A stretch of DNA of 64,000 nt from an uncultured virus (IMG/VR IMGVR_UViG_3300025387_000001) (IMGVR_UViG_3300025387_000001); one strand, 5' to 3'; positions 30,140-40,663 are shown, numbered from the stretch's first letter. The notes: generated by a model not told the origin, from the letters alone. Numbers and translations: made by a program.

Positions 30140-31166
30140 TAACCCGGCGTTTCAGGATTATCAAAAGCGTTGTTTTGATTGGTTCTTCAGTCATATTGAC
30201 GCTATGGGCATTAGGTATGTTATACACCTTGGCGACATTTATGACCGCAGAAAATACATCAACTTCACCTCAGCAAGAAGATGCCGAGAAGATTTCCTTG
30301 ACCCGTTAGAAGATAGGTCAATAGAAACACATATTATACAGGGAAATCACGACTCATATCACAAGAATACCCACGAAGTAAATGCTCTAGATGAATTGGT
30401 TGTTAACCGTTATCAGTTCATTCATACCTATTCACTTCCTGAGTTGATCAATATAGATGGCCTTGATATACAGATCATGCCTTGGATCACAGATTCTAAC
30501 CGTGAACAGGCTATGGATGTTATCAGTCAACCACGGGCCGAGGTTCTTATGGGTCACCTAGAACTAAACGGTTTCACTATGCATAGAGGTTTGATATCAG
30601 ACCATGGGCTTGATCGTGTTACTTTTGATAAGTTTGATAAAGTTTACTCTGGGCATTATCATCATCGTTCCACTATTGGTAATGTATCTTATATCGGTGC
30701 TTTTGCTGAATATACCTGGCACGACTATGCCGATCCTCGTGGTTTCTCTGTGTTTGATACTGACACTAGAGAAATAGAGTTTATACAGAATCCTTATAAG
30801 ATGTTCCGTCTTGCTAAGTATGATGATGTGACCAATCCTGAGATTGTAGAAAAAATCCAAAACACGGACTTTTCCAAGTATAAGAATACTTATGTAAAGT
30901 TGATTGTAGTAAACAAGTCTAATCCTTATGCCTTTGATCTTCTCTTTGACTCCATCTATAAGGCAGGCCCTTTAGATATTACCGTTGTAGAAGATCCTTC
31001 GGTATTGCTTGAGAATGAAGATATGGACTCGGTTGATGAAGCAGAAGATACCTCCACAATCCTTTCCAAGTATATTGATGGGTTGACTTTGCCGGTGGAA
31101 TCTGCTAGAATGAAATCATTCATGTTAGACGTTTACAAAGAGTCATTGCAGGTAGAGACCATATGA
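30090..31166 (+). CDS. gp47: Recombination endonuclease subunit gp47 (Mre11/SbcD-like)
   Basis: TDTHAG, HLGDIYD, GNHD, GHLEL, SGHYH; GTG start after GGAG. Confidence 0.95.
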   Translation: MAKIALLTDTHAGVRNDNPAFQDYQKRCFDWFFSHIDAMGIRYVIHLGDIYDRRKYINFTSARRCREDFLDPLEDRSIETHIIQGNHDSYHKNTHEVNALDELVVNRYQFIHTYSLPELINIDGLDIQIMPWITDSNREQAMDVISQPRAEVLMGHLELNGFTMHRGLISDHGLDRVTFDKFDKVYSGHYHHRSTIGNVSYIGAFAEYTWHDYADPRGFSVFDTDTREIEFIQNPYKMFRLAKYDDVTNPEIVEKIQNTDFSKYKNTYVKLIVVNKSNPYAFDLLFDSIYKAGPLDITVVEDPSVLLENEDMDSVDEAEDTSTILSKYIDGLTLPVESARMKSFMLDVYKESLQVETI

Positions 31167-32884
31167 TTACCTTTCATAATGTAAAGTGGCGAAACTTTCT
31201 TTCGGCTGGTAACAACTGGACCGAGTTGGAGTTAGATACACACAAGAATACCTTAATCATGGGACACAATGGGTCAGGTAAATCCACATTTCTGGACGCC
31301 TTGACCTTTGTGTTGTTTGGTAAACCTTTTCGTAAGGTCAACAAAGGTAATGTCGTAAACTCTATCAATGGTAAGAACTGTGAGGTGGAGATTGAGTTTT
31401 CTGTTTCAAACAAACGGTACAAGGTTATTCGTGGTGCGAAGCCAAACATCTTCGAGATTTATTGTGAAGGTAAAATGGTCAACCAGGATGCAGCGGCCAA
31501 GGACTATCAAGGGTATCTAGAGAAGCATATTCTAAAGATGAACTTTAAGTCCTTTACACAGGTAGTTATTCTTGGTTCTGCATCGTTTGTACCTTTCATG
31601 CAACTATCACCTGGTGACCGTAGAACGGTTATTGAAGACCTGTTGGACATTCAAATCTTTTCTTCTATGTCTAATGTGGTCAAGAACAGACTACAAATCA
31701 ACCGTGAAGGACTAGAGAAGAATAGGATTACTTTAACTAGTAAAAATGAAAATAAAACTTACATTGAGCAGACTTTAGAGTCCTTAAAGTCAAATAATGA
31801 AACTAAACTTTCACTTTTACGAGAGAAAGAACAGGAACTAAAAGATAGTTTAGTTTCCGAGCAATCAATCATTTCCGACCTAGAGAAGAAAAGAGATGAA
31901 CTCCTTGAACAAGGTATTGATACCTCGGTACTAAGGACAAAGTATAGTAAGTTGGTCGGTTTCAAGGCCAAGATGGAGGGAAACATTGACCGTATTCACA
32001 AAGATAATACATTCTTTGAGTCAAATGATACTTGTCCCACTTGTAGGCAGGGTATCGATGAGACTTTCAAAAAAGAAACGATTGGATCTAACCAAAGTAA
32101 GATTGCTGAAATTAATGAAGGACTAAATAAGGCTGACGAACAGATTAGTGCCGTCCTGGAAGAAATAGAGAAGATTGATGAAGTTCTCCAACGCCTTAAT
32201 GGAGTTAAGATGGATCTTACATCTAGTAGGTCTTCCTATAAGCATATTGATAATAATCTGTCTCAAATTATGGTTCAGATTGAAACGTTCGCACTATCTG
32301 ACAAAACTACCCAAGAGTCGGAACGACAACTCGTTCAAGTCCAACATGATATTTCCTCCCTCGAAGAAGAAAAGAAGGCCCTTCTAGATGAACGCCAATA
32401 TGTGGACTTGGCCACTACACTACTCAAAGATGGTGGAATCAAGACAAAAATCATTAAACAGTATCTACCTATCATTAATAAACATATCAATAAGTACCTC
32501 GCTAAACTTGGTTTTTTTGTCAACTTTAATATTAATGAGTCATTCGAGGAATCAATCAAGTCAAGATACCGAGACGAGTTCTCCTACCACAACTTCTCTG
32601 AAGGTGAGAAGTTAAGAATAGACTTGGCCATTCTCCTTACATGGAGGCAGATTGCCAAGATGAAAAACTCCGTGAATGTAAATATACTTGTGTTTGATGA
32701 GATCCTTGACCGTGCTATGGACGCCAGTGGTGTAGACGAATTTATTCGTATAATGTGGGATATGGGTGATAATGGTTCTAATATATTTGTTATCTCACAT
32801 AAAGACGGAATGATAGATAGATTCCAGAGAACAGTAAAATTTCAGAAAGTTAAAAATTTTAGTGTATTAGAAAAGGAAAATTAA
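31163..32884 (+). CDS. gp46: Recombination endonuclease subunit gp46 (Rad50/SbcC-like)
   Basis: [13 protein letters not shown] hook, [19 protein letters not shown]. Confidence 0.96.
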   Translation: MITFHNVKWRNFLSAGNNWTELELDTHKNTLIMGHNGSGKSTFLDALTFVLFGKPFRKVNKGNVVNSINGKNCEVEIEFSVSNKRYKVIRGAKPNIFEIYCEGKMVNQDAAAKDYQGYLEKHILKMNFKSFTQVVILGSASFVPFMQLSPGDRRTVIEDLLDIQIFSSMSNVVKNRLQINREGLEKNRITLTSKNENKTYIEQTLESLKSNNETKLSLLREKEQELKDSLVSEQSIISDLEKKRDELLEQGIDTSVLRTKYSKLVGFKAKMEGNIDRIHKDNTFFESNDTCPTCRQGIDETFKKETIGSNQSKIAEINEGLNKADEQISAVLEEIEKIDEVLQRLNGVKMDLTSSRSSYKHIDNNLSQIMVQIETFALSDKTTQESERQLVQVQHDISSLEEEKKALLDERQYVDLATTLLKDGGIKTKIIKQYLPIINKHINKYLAKLGFFVNFNINESFEESIKSRYRDEFSYHNFSEGEKLRIDLAILLTWRQIAKMKNSVNVNILVFDEILDRAMDASGVDEFIRIMWDMGDNGSNIFVISHKDGMIDRFQRTVKFQKVKNFSVLEKEN

Positions 32885-33447
32885 TGTTTTATGTTTATGC
32901 ATATTTAAGGGAGGATGGAACACCTTACTATATTGGTAAAGGTAAAAAACTCCGTGCGTGGACTAAAGATATTAAAAGGTATAAACATATATCACTTCCT
33001 AAAAATAATAATCGTATAGTTATAATGGAATCCAATCTTACGGAAGTTGGCGCACTGGCGTTAGAAAGGTTCTATATTCGTTGGTATGGACGTAAGGATA
33101 ATGGAACAGGTATATTGAGAAATTTAACAGATGGTGGAGACGGTGTTTCTGGTCAAATACAATCCGAAGAAACTAAAGAAAAAAGAAGACAAAAACATTT
33201 AGGACAAAAAAGAATAAATGTAGATAACTTTAAAGGTCCTAAGTCAAAAGAACATGCAAAAAATATAGGAAAATCTCACGCCAAAACATATTCTGTTATT
33301 GATCCCATAGGAAATAAAATAATCATACACAACATGAGGCAATATTGTTTAGATAATGAATTACATCAAGGTAATATGATACAGGTTGCCAAAGGTAATA
33401 GAATAAGTCATAAAGGATACAAATCTGTCTTGACAAAAGACTTATAA
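32884..33447 (+). CDS. GIY-YIG-like homing endonuclease (no leader cassette)
   Basis: [37 protein letters not shown]; paralogue of 25218 and 28108. Confidence 0.85.
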   Translation: MFYVYAYLREDGTPYYIGKGKKLRAWTKDIKRYKHISLPKNNNRIVIMESNLTEVGALALERFYIRWYGRKDNGTGILRNLTDGGDGVSGQIQSEETKEKRRQKHLGQKRINVDNFKGPKSKEHAKNIGKSHAKTYSVIDPIGNKIIIHNMRQYCLDNELHQGNMIQVAKGNRISHKGYKSVLTKDL

Positions 33448-33458
33448 TCTGGTAGAAT
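33430..33458 (+). promoter_or_regulatory. Sigma70-type promoter
   Basis: TTGACA-17 nt-TAGAAT. Confidence 0.55.
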
Positions 33459-33464
33459 ACCATC

Positions 33465-33776
33465 ATGCTAGACAAAGAGACATTACGGAAAATGGCCGAG
33501 TCCGAACGTATGATGGACGCAGGCCTTATTCCATTTGTATGGGCACTATCACCTTCTGGTCAAATGGAAAGGTTGGCTGTTGCCTCTACTATCATGAAAG
33601 AACTTGGTCTTAAACAAGGCCAGACCGTAAACTCAATTCTTGTTGATGCTATTGCTGCTGAATCCATGCGAATATTGGCAGAAAAACTTGATCAAATATC
33701 TCAAGAGATAGAAGACGGTCTATTGACCGATGATTTTGACTTCCGTAAGGAGATGGGCAATGATAATGATAATTGA
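33465..33776 (+). CDS. Hypothetical protein
   Basis: ORF directly downstream of the promoter. Confidence 0.55.
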   Translation: MLDKETLRKMAESERMMDAGLIPFVWALSPSGQMERLAVASTIMKELGLKQGQTVNSILVDAIAAESMRILAEKLDQISQEIEDGLLTDDFDFRKEMGNDNDN

Positions 33777-34084
33777 AACACCTTTTGGTCACCACACATA
33801 TAACATTGATAACTTATGGCAAGGCCTATCACAGATGGGTTGGTCTAATGTTACCTAAAAAAATAGAGTTTTGTTTTGAGTGGTTATCAACCTTCCTATT
33901 ATTGGCAGGCGCAGCACTCACATCTTATAATGTATATCCTAATAATGTTTATCTATCATTGATAGGTAATCTAGGATGGTTGGTGGTCGCCTTATCTTGG
34001 CGCAAATGGTCGTTGATTACCATTCAGTTGATAATCACAGTGATTTACCTTGCAGGCCTAATAGACAAAGGAGTTATCCCATGA
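33773..34084 (+). CDS. Small membrane protein (start may be ATG 33848)
   Basis: Three hydrophobic segments. Confidence 0.55.
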   Translation: MKHLLVTTHITLITYGKAYHRWVGLMLPKKIEFCFEWLSTFLLLAGAALTSYNVYPNNVYLSLIGNLGWLVVALSWRKWSLITIQLIITVIYLAGLIDKGVIP

Positions 34085-34174
34085 GATACAATCACTGGTT
34101 CTGGAATAGTTGGTTTATAGACAGAGTAGCACATTCCGTCTCAAAACTAAACAGCTATATCTGGAGCAAACAAT

Positions 34175-34351
34175 ATGGCAAAAACTGATCCTAATAAAAA
34201 ATATTGTTATTCCCAAGACTATATACTGATTACTGCTTTGCAAAGCGAACTAATGTCATTGCCATTGCGAAGAAAAAATGATAATATAACACCTATCATT
34301 GAAGAATACCTCCGTGACCGTGTGAAAGAATTGAGAGATAGATGGAAATAA
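34175..34351 (+). CDS. Small hypothetical protein (58 aa, not in the ORF track)
   Basis: SD GGAG; MAKTDPNKK...RVKELRDRWK*; fills the gap between neighbours. Confidence 0.45.
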   Translation: MAKTDPNKKYCYSQDYILITALQSELMSLPLRRKNDNITPIIEEYLRDRVKELRDRWK

Positions 34352-34761
34352 AAAGAGATTGTGAAGGATGCACTAAATGTTGTGAAGGTTGGTTATGGAG
34401 TGAGGCCTACGGACACAAATTTTGGCCAGGTCGTCCTTGTCATTTTATGTGTGAAAAAGGTTGTTCTATCTATGAGAATAGACCTGTAGATCCTTGTAAA
34501 AATTTTAAATGTGAATGGTTAACAAATTCGGATATACCTGAATGGATGAAACCTAGTGTTTCTAACGTTATCATTTGCAAAAGAATAGAAAATAATAACG
34601 AACTATTGGAGTTTACCGAGGTATTGGAGTTTATCGAGGCTGGTTCTAGATTAGATCCTCGTGTTCTTTCCTGGATTTTTATGAACTTTGTAAATAAAAA
34701 AATTGGTGATGTGAAATATCAACTCGACGGAGGTTGGAACTACATATATGGCGAAAAGTGA
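34342..34761 (+). CDS. YkgJ-like Cys-cluster (CxxCxxCC) protein
   Basis: CEGCTKCC, PCHF, CSIYENRP..PCKNFKCEW. Confidence 0.75.
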   Translation: MEIKRDCEGCTKCCEGWLWSEAYGHKFWPGRPCHFMCEKGCSIYENRPVDPCKNFKCEWLTNSDIPEWMKPSVSNVIICKRIENNNELLEFTEVLEFIEAGSRLDPRVLSWIFMNFVNKKIGDVKYQLDGGWNYIYGEK

Positions 34762-36007
34762 TGAAGAACTAAAGGATGTTGAACGCCAGTGGGATGAATT
34801 TCAATCCACATTTACCGCACCTGAGGCCCTTAACGATGAGCAACTAAAAAAGGCCGTCGTTGAGGACCTAACAAATGTTTCGGCAATGACCGTAGAGGAA
34901 TATACCCTCTATCAAAAGTGGTTAGAAATCCATATCAAGTATCCTACACATGAAGGTCTGTTTGGTACTTGTCTTCAAGACGGTGAACAAGAACTTGCAA
35001 TCAATAAGATCAAAGATAATATCTGGATTCCTAATGATCCTATGGACTATGCGAAACTAAAACCTGTCCTTGTTTATACTCCTGAATTTGATATGCAGGA
35101 CACTTGGAATACTATTCGCAACTTTACTTCCACAATGAAGAATAACTCCAACATTGGCCGTAATCTATCTTATATCGTTCAAGATGATGTTACCGGAAAG
35201 TACCTAGGGGTAATTTGTATCTCTTCTGATTTCCTAGACTTGACTCCACGAGATAACCATATTGGATGGTCCCGTGAGGTAAAGACTAATCAAGGTATGA
35301 TTAATCACACGGCCATTGGTTCTACTATCGTACCACTACAACCACTTGGTTATAACTATACAGGTGGAAAACTTTTAGCATTACTTTGTCTTTGTGATAA
35401 GGTACAACAGGATTGGAAAAAACAATATGGTGATACACTCATTGGCGTCACTACTACATCACTATACGGTAAGTCTAAGACTAACCAGTTATCGCAATAT
35501 GATCGCTTACAACATTGGAAGAAAATGGGCTTCACATCAGGCTCTGTCTCTTATGAAGCAAGAAAACCTACTGTAAAGTTAATGCTAGATTGGTTGAAGA
35601 AGAACCATACCCGTAAATACTTTGAATGGTATGTGGCCAAGAACCTTGACGGTATGCCTTACAAAAGAGACCACAAGAACCGTTCCTATACATTCATGTA
35701 TTCCCAACTGAATGTTCCTAAAGAACTTATCCGTTCTGAACACGCCCGTGGTATCTATTTTAGTCCTTTGTATAACAACACCAACGAGTTTCTTCGTAAG
35801 GAAATTACCGAAGATAAACTTGCCAAGGCGTTTGATTCCAGTTATGATGCTCTGGTAAATCTATGGAAAGACAAGTATGCGGGAAAACGTATTCGTTCTT
35901 TGGTGGAACAAAACCGTGTTTCCAAAGAAACTCTTTTCTATGATGACCTAATCTATATGGATTGGGAAGAGACAAAGGCCAAATACCTAACGCAGGTGGG
36001 ACGATAA
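34748..36007 (+). CDS. DruA/DUF4338-like protein
   Basis: GRNLSYIVQD..GKYLGVI, RDNHIGW, PLGYNYTGGKLLALL, TTTSLYG..SQYDRL. Confidence 0.65.
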   Translation: MAKSDEELKDVERQWDEFQSTFTAPEALNDEQLKKAVVEDLTNVSAMTVEEYTLYQKWLEIHIKYPTHEGLFGTCLQDGEQELAINKIKDNIWIPNDPMDYAKLKPVLVYTPEFDMQDTWNTIRNFTSTMKNNSNIGRNLSYIVQDDVTGKYLGVICISSDFLDLTPRDNHIGWSREVKTNQGMINHTAIGSTIVPLQPLGYNYTGGKLLALLCLCDKVQQDWKKQYGDTLIGVTTTSLYGKSKTNQLSQYDRLQHWKKMGFTSGSVSYEARKPTVKLMLDWLKKNHTRKYFEWYVAKNLDGMPYKRDHKNRSYTFMYSQLNVPKELIRSEHARGIYFSPLYNNTNEFLRKEITEDKLAKAFDSSYDALVNLWKDKYAGKRIRSLVEQNRVSKETLFYDDLIYMDWEETKAKYLTQVGR

Positions 36008-36008
36008 A

Positions 36009-36518
36009 ATGGCACACTATGATTTGACAAATGGATCTGAAAGATTAACGGAATTTGATCTTGCAAGAGAAATATATGAAGTTTTGGAAAGGAAACCTCT
36101 TATAAAGGTAACTGGTGAAAAAACACAAAAAGGAGTTTCTCTTAGTGTAGGTATTGATGAACTTCCATCCGTTGCAGGAAACTATCTTATTTATTATAAG
36201 GATAGTTTTAACCAGTATGTTTGTGTATATGCTGGAGAATCCGATACTGACATACATTATAGAGTTTATAGATTTGTTAAAGAACTGGCGGATATGTCTA
36301 GAGATGATGAAGGACATAGTGCTGCTAAGAAAATAAGACAACTAGGTATTCTAAGACACGATGATGATATCTATGTTAGATACATTACAAAGTTGGAACT
36401 ATATTTCATAGTTGCTAGTATTCTTTGTAAACATCTTAGTTTAATACTGAAAAATATTGATGAGATTTTGGCATATCTTTCTGGTGCAATCTTTAATAAA
36501 AGAGTTAAAAAGGCATGA
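36009..36518 (+). CDS. Hypothetical protein, possible divergent GIY-YIG nuclease
   Basis: GNYLIY...VYAGES..IHYRVYRF. Confidence 0.45.
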   Translation: MAHYDLTNGSERLTEFDLAREIYEVLERKPLIKVTGEKTQKGVSLSVGIDELPSVAGNYLIYYKDSFNQYVCVYAGESDTDIHYRVYRFVKELADMSRDDEGHSAAKKIRQLGILRHDDDIYVRYITKLELYFIVASILCKHLSLILKNIDEILAYLSGAIFNKRVKKA

Positions 36519-36660
36519 AATACTTTGACTTTTATAAAGTGGATCATATGTATGATAATTCGGAAGTAATCTTTTCCGTGTTTACAATCTATGCGGTAAT
36601 CCTTACTTTCTCGTATGTTTACAATCGACTAACCCGCTAACCTATTGATTTCTAACGGAC

Positions 36661-36689
36661 TTGACAAACCAGGTTCGATTTGCTATAAT
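36661..36689 (+). promoter_or_regulatory. Strong sigma70-type (early) promoter with an upstream IHF-like site
   Basis: TTGACA-17 nt-TATAAT with extended TG; 36638-36650 reads AATCAATAGGTTA on the minus strand (WATCAANNNNTTR). Confidence 0.75.
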
Positions 36690-36714
36690 AGTGAAAATCG
36701 AGAAAGGTTACGGA

Positions 36715-38946
36715 ATGTCAGGCAATCAAACGTCTTTATTAGCAAAACTCCTTGCCACGGAAAACATCACGGTCCAACAAACACCCGGTATCAAAACGGC
36801 AATGTTCGACCTCAAAGGCCGCGTCCTTATGTTGCCACTGTGGCAAGGTATTTCTGATGACCTCCAGGACCTCCTTATCGTCCATGAGACTGGTCACGCC
36901 CTTGATACTCCTGATGCCGACACATATAAAAAGGCATATGAGGATATCACCGCACGTATTTTTCCTAACGAAAAAGTTTCCGAGCAATTACAATCAACCG
37001 TCAAGGGTTTCCTTAACTGTGTTGAGGATGCTCGTATTGATAAGCGCCAGAAACGCCGCTATCCTGGTTCCCGTAAAAACTATCTTATCGGTTACAAGGA
37101 ACTTATGGAACGTGACTTCTTTGGCACGGCTAAACGTGATATCAATACCATGAACTTTATTGACCGCATGAATGTTTATTTCAAAGGCGGCAATATAAAT
37201 ATGAATATAGAGTTTTCACCTGAGGAACGTGTATTCCTAAAACGTGCTGAAGGTCTGGAAACCTTTGATGAGGTTGTTGCTCTCACAGAGGAAATATACA
37301 AGTATTGCAAAGAAAAACTTGAAAACCAGCAAGAAATGGAAATCGACCTTGTTGAAGGCGAGTCCGAAGAAGGAGAAGGCGATGATTACTCCGATTATGA
37401 TGGCAATGACAACCGTGATACTAGTGATGATGACGGTGAAGGCCAAAGCCAGGATGAAGATGAAACCGATTCCGGTGAAAATGAAGAAGATGCCAATGGT
37501 GTAACCCAAGGCGAAGGTGACCTTGAGGCAGAGTCCAATAAATCAGGCGACGGTGCTGGTCAAAACACCGAGGTTCCTGACAATGTTCCTGTGTCTGAAA
37601 CGGACCAAGCATGGCAGAAAAAATCCCAAGAAATCGTAAAGGATGAAAACTGCCATTATATCTATCTCAATATGCCGCAAGTAAATTGGGACAAGGCCAT
37701 AAACGATTACAAAATGGTTCTGGATGACTGGCGCAAAGAAATGACACACCGGTATTTTGATAATGTTACATATCTTGCTTGCCAGAAAGATATGACGCAA
37801 TGGAAGATGAAAGAGAAAGAAACCATTTCTTTCTTGGTCAAGGAGTTTGAGGCTAAAAAGGCTGCTGAAATGTATGCCCGTATCAATATTGCCAAGACTG
37901 GTGTTATTGATACTAACAAACTCCATTCTTACAAGTATAATGATGATATCTTCCGCCGCCTGACGGTTATTCCAAAAGGCAAGAACCACGGCTTTATCAT
38001 GTTCCTTGATTGGTCTGGTTCTATGCAGTATAACCTCCGCAATACTCTAAAGCAACTATTCTCCCTTTGCTTATTCTGTAAACAGATCGGAGTGCCTTTC
38101 GAGGTATATGCTTTCAGGGATTGCGGCGCAGACAATCCATTCACATATATGAACCAGCAAAATGTGATTGGTGGTGGTGCCGTGGTTATGCGGAACTTCC
38201 TATCATCCCGTATGAATACACAGGAACTTAACTTCGCCATGTCTTTCCTTTGGTATGCTTCTGGTCGGAACTATCTCGGTTGCGACGGCCTCGGCGGTAC
38301 ACCTCTCAACCTGTCCATTATGATTGCACCAAAGATGGTTGAAGATTTCCGTGCTAAGAACAAACTGGAAATCGTCAATACTATCTTTATGACCGACGGT
38401 GGTTCTGACAGTGGTGAAGGTGTAAAGAATGAAACTCTTCCTACTACAGGTATGACCACTACTCAACGGTCTGCTAACCGCAAGTATTTCTATGTTGATC
38501 CGGTAACCCGCAAGACATATGACTATGAGCCTTGGGGTTGGATGGGTACGCAAAACAATACAAATGTCCTCCTGCGTATTCTAAAAGACCGCACCGGTTG
38601 CAACCTCGTTGGTTTCTATCTCTTTGAGCGGAATTTCAAAAGGTTCATGTCTGACTTTAACCTTTGGAGTTATACTGATAAAGATACAAAAACCAAAAAG
38701 TTCTGGCAGGACAATAAGTTCTATCCTGTTCAGAGTGCCGGCTATGATGAATACTATGTTATTGACTCTAATGCCATTGGTGATAATACTAACAAACTGG
38801 AAATCGACAATAGCGGTGAAAAGAAAATGTCGCCAAAAAGAATGGCTGCGGCATTCTCCAAGTTTGCCATGAAAAAGACGGTAAACCGAGTCCTTCTCCG
38901 TCAGTTTGTTGACCGTATCGCAACACAATCAAAGAAGGTGGCATGA
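36715..38946 (+). CDS. CobT-like VWA-domain protein with N-terminal HExxH
   Basis: LAKLLATENI, HETGHA, EDARID, acidic linker, MIDAS DWSGSM, TDG. Confidence 0.85.
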   Translation: MSGNQTSLLAKLLATENITVQQTPGIKTAMFDLKGRVLMLPLWQGISDDLQDLLIVHETGHALDTPDADTYKKAYEDITARIFPNEKVSEQLQSTVKGFLNCVEDARIDKRQKRRYPGSRKNYLIGYKELMERDFFGTAKRDINTMNFIDRMNVYFKGGNINMNIEFSPEERVFLKRAEGLETFDEVVALTEEIYKYCKEKLENQQEMEIDLVEGESEEGEGDDYSDYDGNDNRDTSDDDGEGQSQDEDETDSGENEEDANGVTQGEGDLEAESNKSGDGAGQNTEVPDNVPVSETDQAWQKKSQEIVKDENCHYIYLNMPQVNWDKAINDYKMVLDDWRKEMTHRYFDNVTYLACQKDMTQWKMKEKETISFLVKEFEAKKAAEMYARINIAKTGVIDTNKLHSYKYNDDIFRRLTVIPKGKNHGFIMFLDWSGSMQYNLRNTLKQLFSLCLFCKQIGVPFEVYAFRDCGADNPFTYMNQQNVIGGGAVVMRNFLSSRMNTQELNFAMSFLWYASGRNYLGCDGLGGTPLNLSIMIAPKMVEDFRAKNKLEIVNTIFMTDGGSDSGEGVKNETLPTTGMTTTQRSANRKYFYVDPVTRKTYDYEPWGWMGTQNNTNVLLRILKDRTGCNLVGFYLFERNFKRFMSDFNLWSYTDKDTKTKKFWQDNKFYPVQSAGYDEYYVIDSNAIGDNTNKLEIDNSGEKKMSPKRMAAAFSKFAMKKTVNRVLLRQFVDRIATQSKKVA

Positions 38947-39254
38947 TGAGAAAACAATACAGGTCTCCTGACCGAGAACACGGCCGATATTCGAATTGGA
39001 TATACCATGAATATGATACCAACTACTGGAAGTTCCGTCATTTATGGTTTCCAAAAAACGAGTATCATTTATGGAATATTACACACGGTACTCTTGCGTA
39101 TGTAAAGCAAGATCGCCGATCAACTACAAAACGGCCAGAAAAATGGGAAGGAGAAAGGAATTTGTCCAGATTTACCACCTATTTTTATGAAATACGGGAA
39201 GCATACTCAAAGAAAAAGTCTAAGGAAAACAAGCGTGTTTACAATCGAAAATAA
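38943..39254 (+). CDS. Hypothetical protein
   Basis: ATGA-coupled ORF. Confidence 0.45.
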   Translation: MMRKQYRSPDREHGRYSNWIYHEYDTNYWKFRHLWFPKNEYHLWNITHGTLAYVKQDRRSTTKRPEKWEGERNLSRFTTYFYEIREAYSKKKSKENKRVYNRK

Positions 39255-39257
39255 TGG

Positions 39258-39286
39258 TTGACACCAACCATTCCGTATGCTATAAT
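39258..39286 (+). promoter_or_regulatory. Strong sigma70-type (early) promoter
   Basis: TTGACA-17 nt-TATAAT with extended TG. Confidence 0.75.
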
Positions 39287-39323
39287 CCATATATAATGAG
39301 AAATCTTGAAAGGAATAGTTCTA

Positions 39324-40574
39324 ATGGCTAAGAAGATTGACCGCACCGAGTTCCTCGATAAAATCCGTTTCGAGTTCGGTGCAATCCGTTCAATCACCCG
39401 TCCGCAAGTCCTCCAAATCTGTGAGAAATACGGACTCGACAAACCTAACTGGATACTAAATGACGTATCCCGTAAACTTGGTCGTGGTATCTATTCTCTT
39501 CCTGAACACGGAACTTCTGGTGTAACATTAGGTGACTTAAAAGAAATTAATAAGTCCTGGAGAAAAAAAGAAACAAAAACACCAGCACCTAAAGCGGCAC
39601 CTTCTCCTGCTGTTGCCGTTGCTATGGTGGCACCTTCGGTTGTTTCTACTAACGCCGAGGTTTCACTTGTTCCTGAAAAGGCACTCGGTTACGTTCCATT
39701 CGGCCATTTCACGGACGTCCGTGCTATCATCAAATCCAAAAAGTTCTATCCAACATATATCACCGGCCTTTCTGGCAACGGTAAAACTATGATGGTGGAA
39801 CAGGTATGTGCCCAAGAAAAGAGAGAATGTGTCCGTGTTAATATCACTATTGAGACCGACGAGGACGACCTTATCGGTGGTTTCCGTCTTATCAATGGCG
39901 AGACCGTATGGCAAGACGGTCCTGTTATTACTGCTATGTCTCGCGGTGCCTTACTATTACTGGACGAGGTTGACCTCGGTTCCAACAAGCTTATGTGCCT
40001 CCAGCCAGTCCTCGAAGGTAAAGCAATTTACCTAAAAAAGACTAACCGTGTGGTCCATCCTGCGGCAGGTTTCAACATTGTTGCCACTGCCAATACTAAA
40101 GGCAAAGGTTCTGATGATGGCCGCTTTATCGGCACCAACGTTATGAATGAAGCGTTCCTTGAACGTTTTAGCATCACAATGGAACAAGAATATCCTGCCG
40201 CTAAGGTTGAGACAAAAATCCTCAACAATGTTTTACAGGCTTCTGGTATCACCGCAACGGAGTTTGTTGATAAGTTGGTTACTTGGGCAGATGTTATCCG
40301 TAAGTCCTTCTTCGAGGGTGCTTTATCTGAAATCATCTCAACCCGCCGTCTTGTCCATATCTGCGAGGCATATTCCATCTTCAACCAAAACAAGGTAAAA
40401 GCTATTGAGTTATGCCTCAACCGTTTTGACGTTGATACAAAGAATGCCTTTTTAGAGTTGTATCGTAAAGTGGATGAAACCGCCGATCCTGTTGTTGGTG
40501 CTACAGGTGCTACTGGTGAAGTTGAGTATCCGGGTGCCGTTGGTGCTAATGGTGCCTCTGGTCCTACTTTCTAA
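39324..40574 (+). CDS. CobS-like/MoxR-type AAA+ ATPase
   Basis: GLSGNGKT, TDEDDLIGG, LLLDEVD, ATANTKG, NEAFLERF, STRRL. Confidence 0.92.
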   Translation: MAKKIDRTEFLDKIRFEFGAIRSITRPQVLQICEKYGLDKPNWILNDVSRKLGRGIYSLPEHGTSGVTLGDLKEINKSWRKKETKTPAPKAAPSPAVAVAMVAPSVVSTNAEVSLVPEKALGYVPFGHFTDVRAIIKSKKFYPTYITGLSGNGKTMMVEQVCAQEKRECVRVNITIETDEDDLIGGFRLINGETVWQDGPVITAMSRGALLLLDEVDLGSNKLMCLQPVLEGKAIYLKKTNRVVHPAAGFNIVATANTKGKGSDDGRFIGTNVMNEAFLERFSITMEQEYPAAKVETKILNNVLQASGITATEFVDKLVTWADVIRKSFFEGALSEIISTRRLVHICEAYSIFNQNKVKAIELCLNRFDVDTKNAFLELYRKVDETADPVVGATGATGEVEYPGAVGANGASGPTF

Positions 40575-40586
40575 AATAGAGGAATA

Positions 40587-40663
40587 CTAAATAGACATGT
40601 AGGTCACGGACGGCAATCCCACCTACTCTAATCTCGGCTAGGAGACCAGCATGTCTATTTATA
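40587..40663. repeat. Conserved structured leader cassette, copy 4
   Basis: CTAAATAGACAT GTAGGT CAC GGA-CGGCAA-TCC C ACCTAC TCTAATCTC-GGCTAG-GAGACCAGC ATGTCTATTTA. Confidence 0.88.

Noticed and set aside
36715..40574. Cobalamin biosynthesis (cobS/cobT) as an auxiliary metabolic pathway
   Set aside because: AAA+/VWA pairs of this type are common in T4-like phages, and no cobN or other cob genes are in the window.
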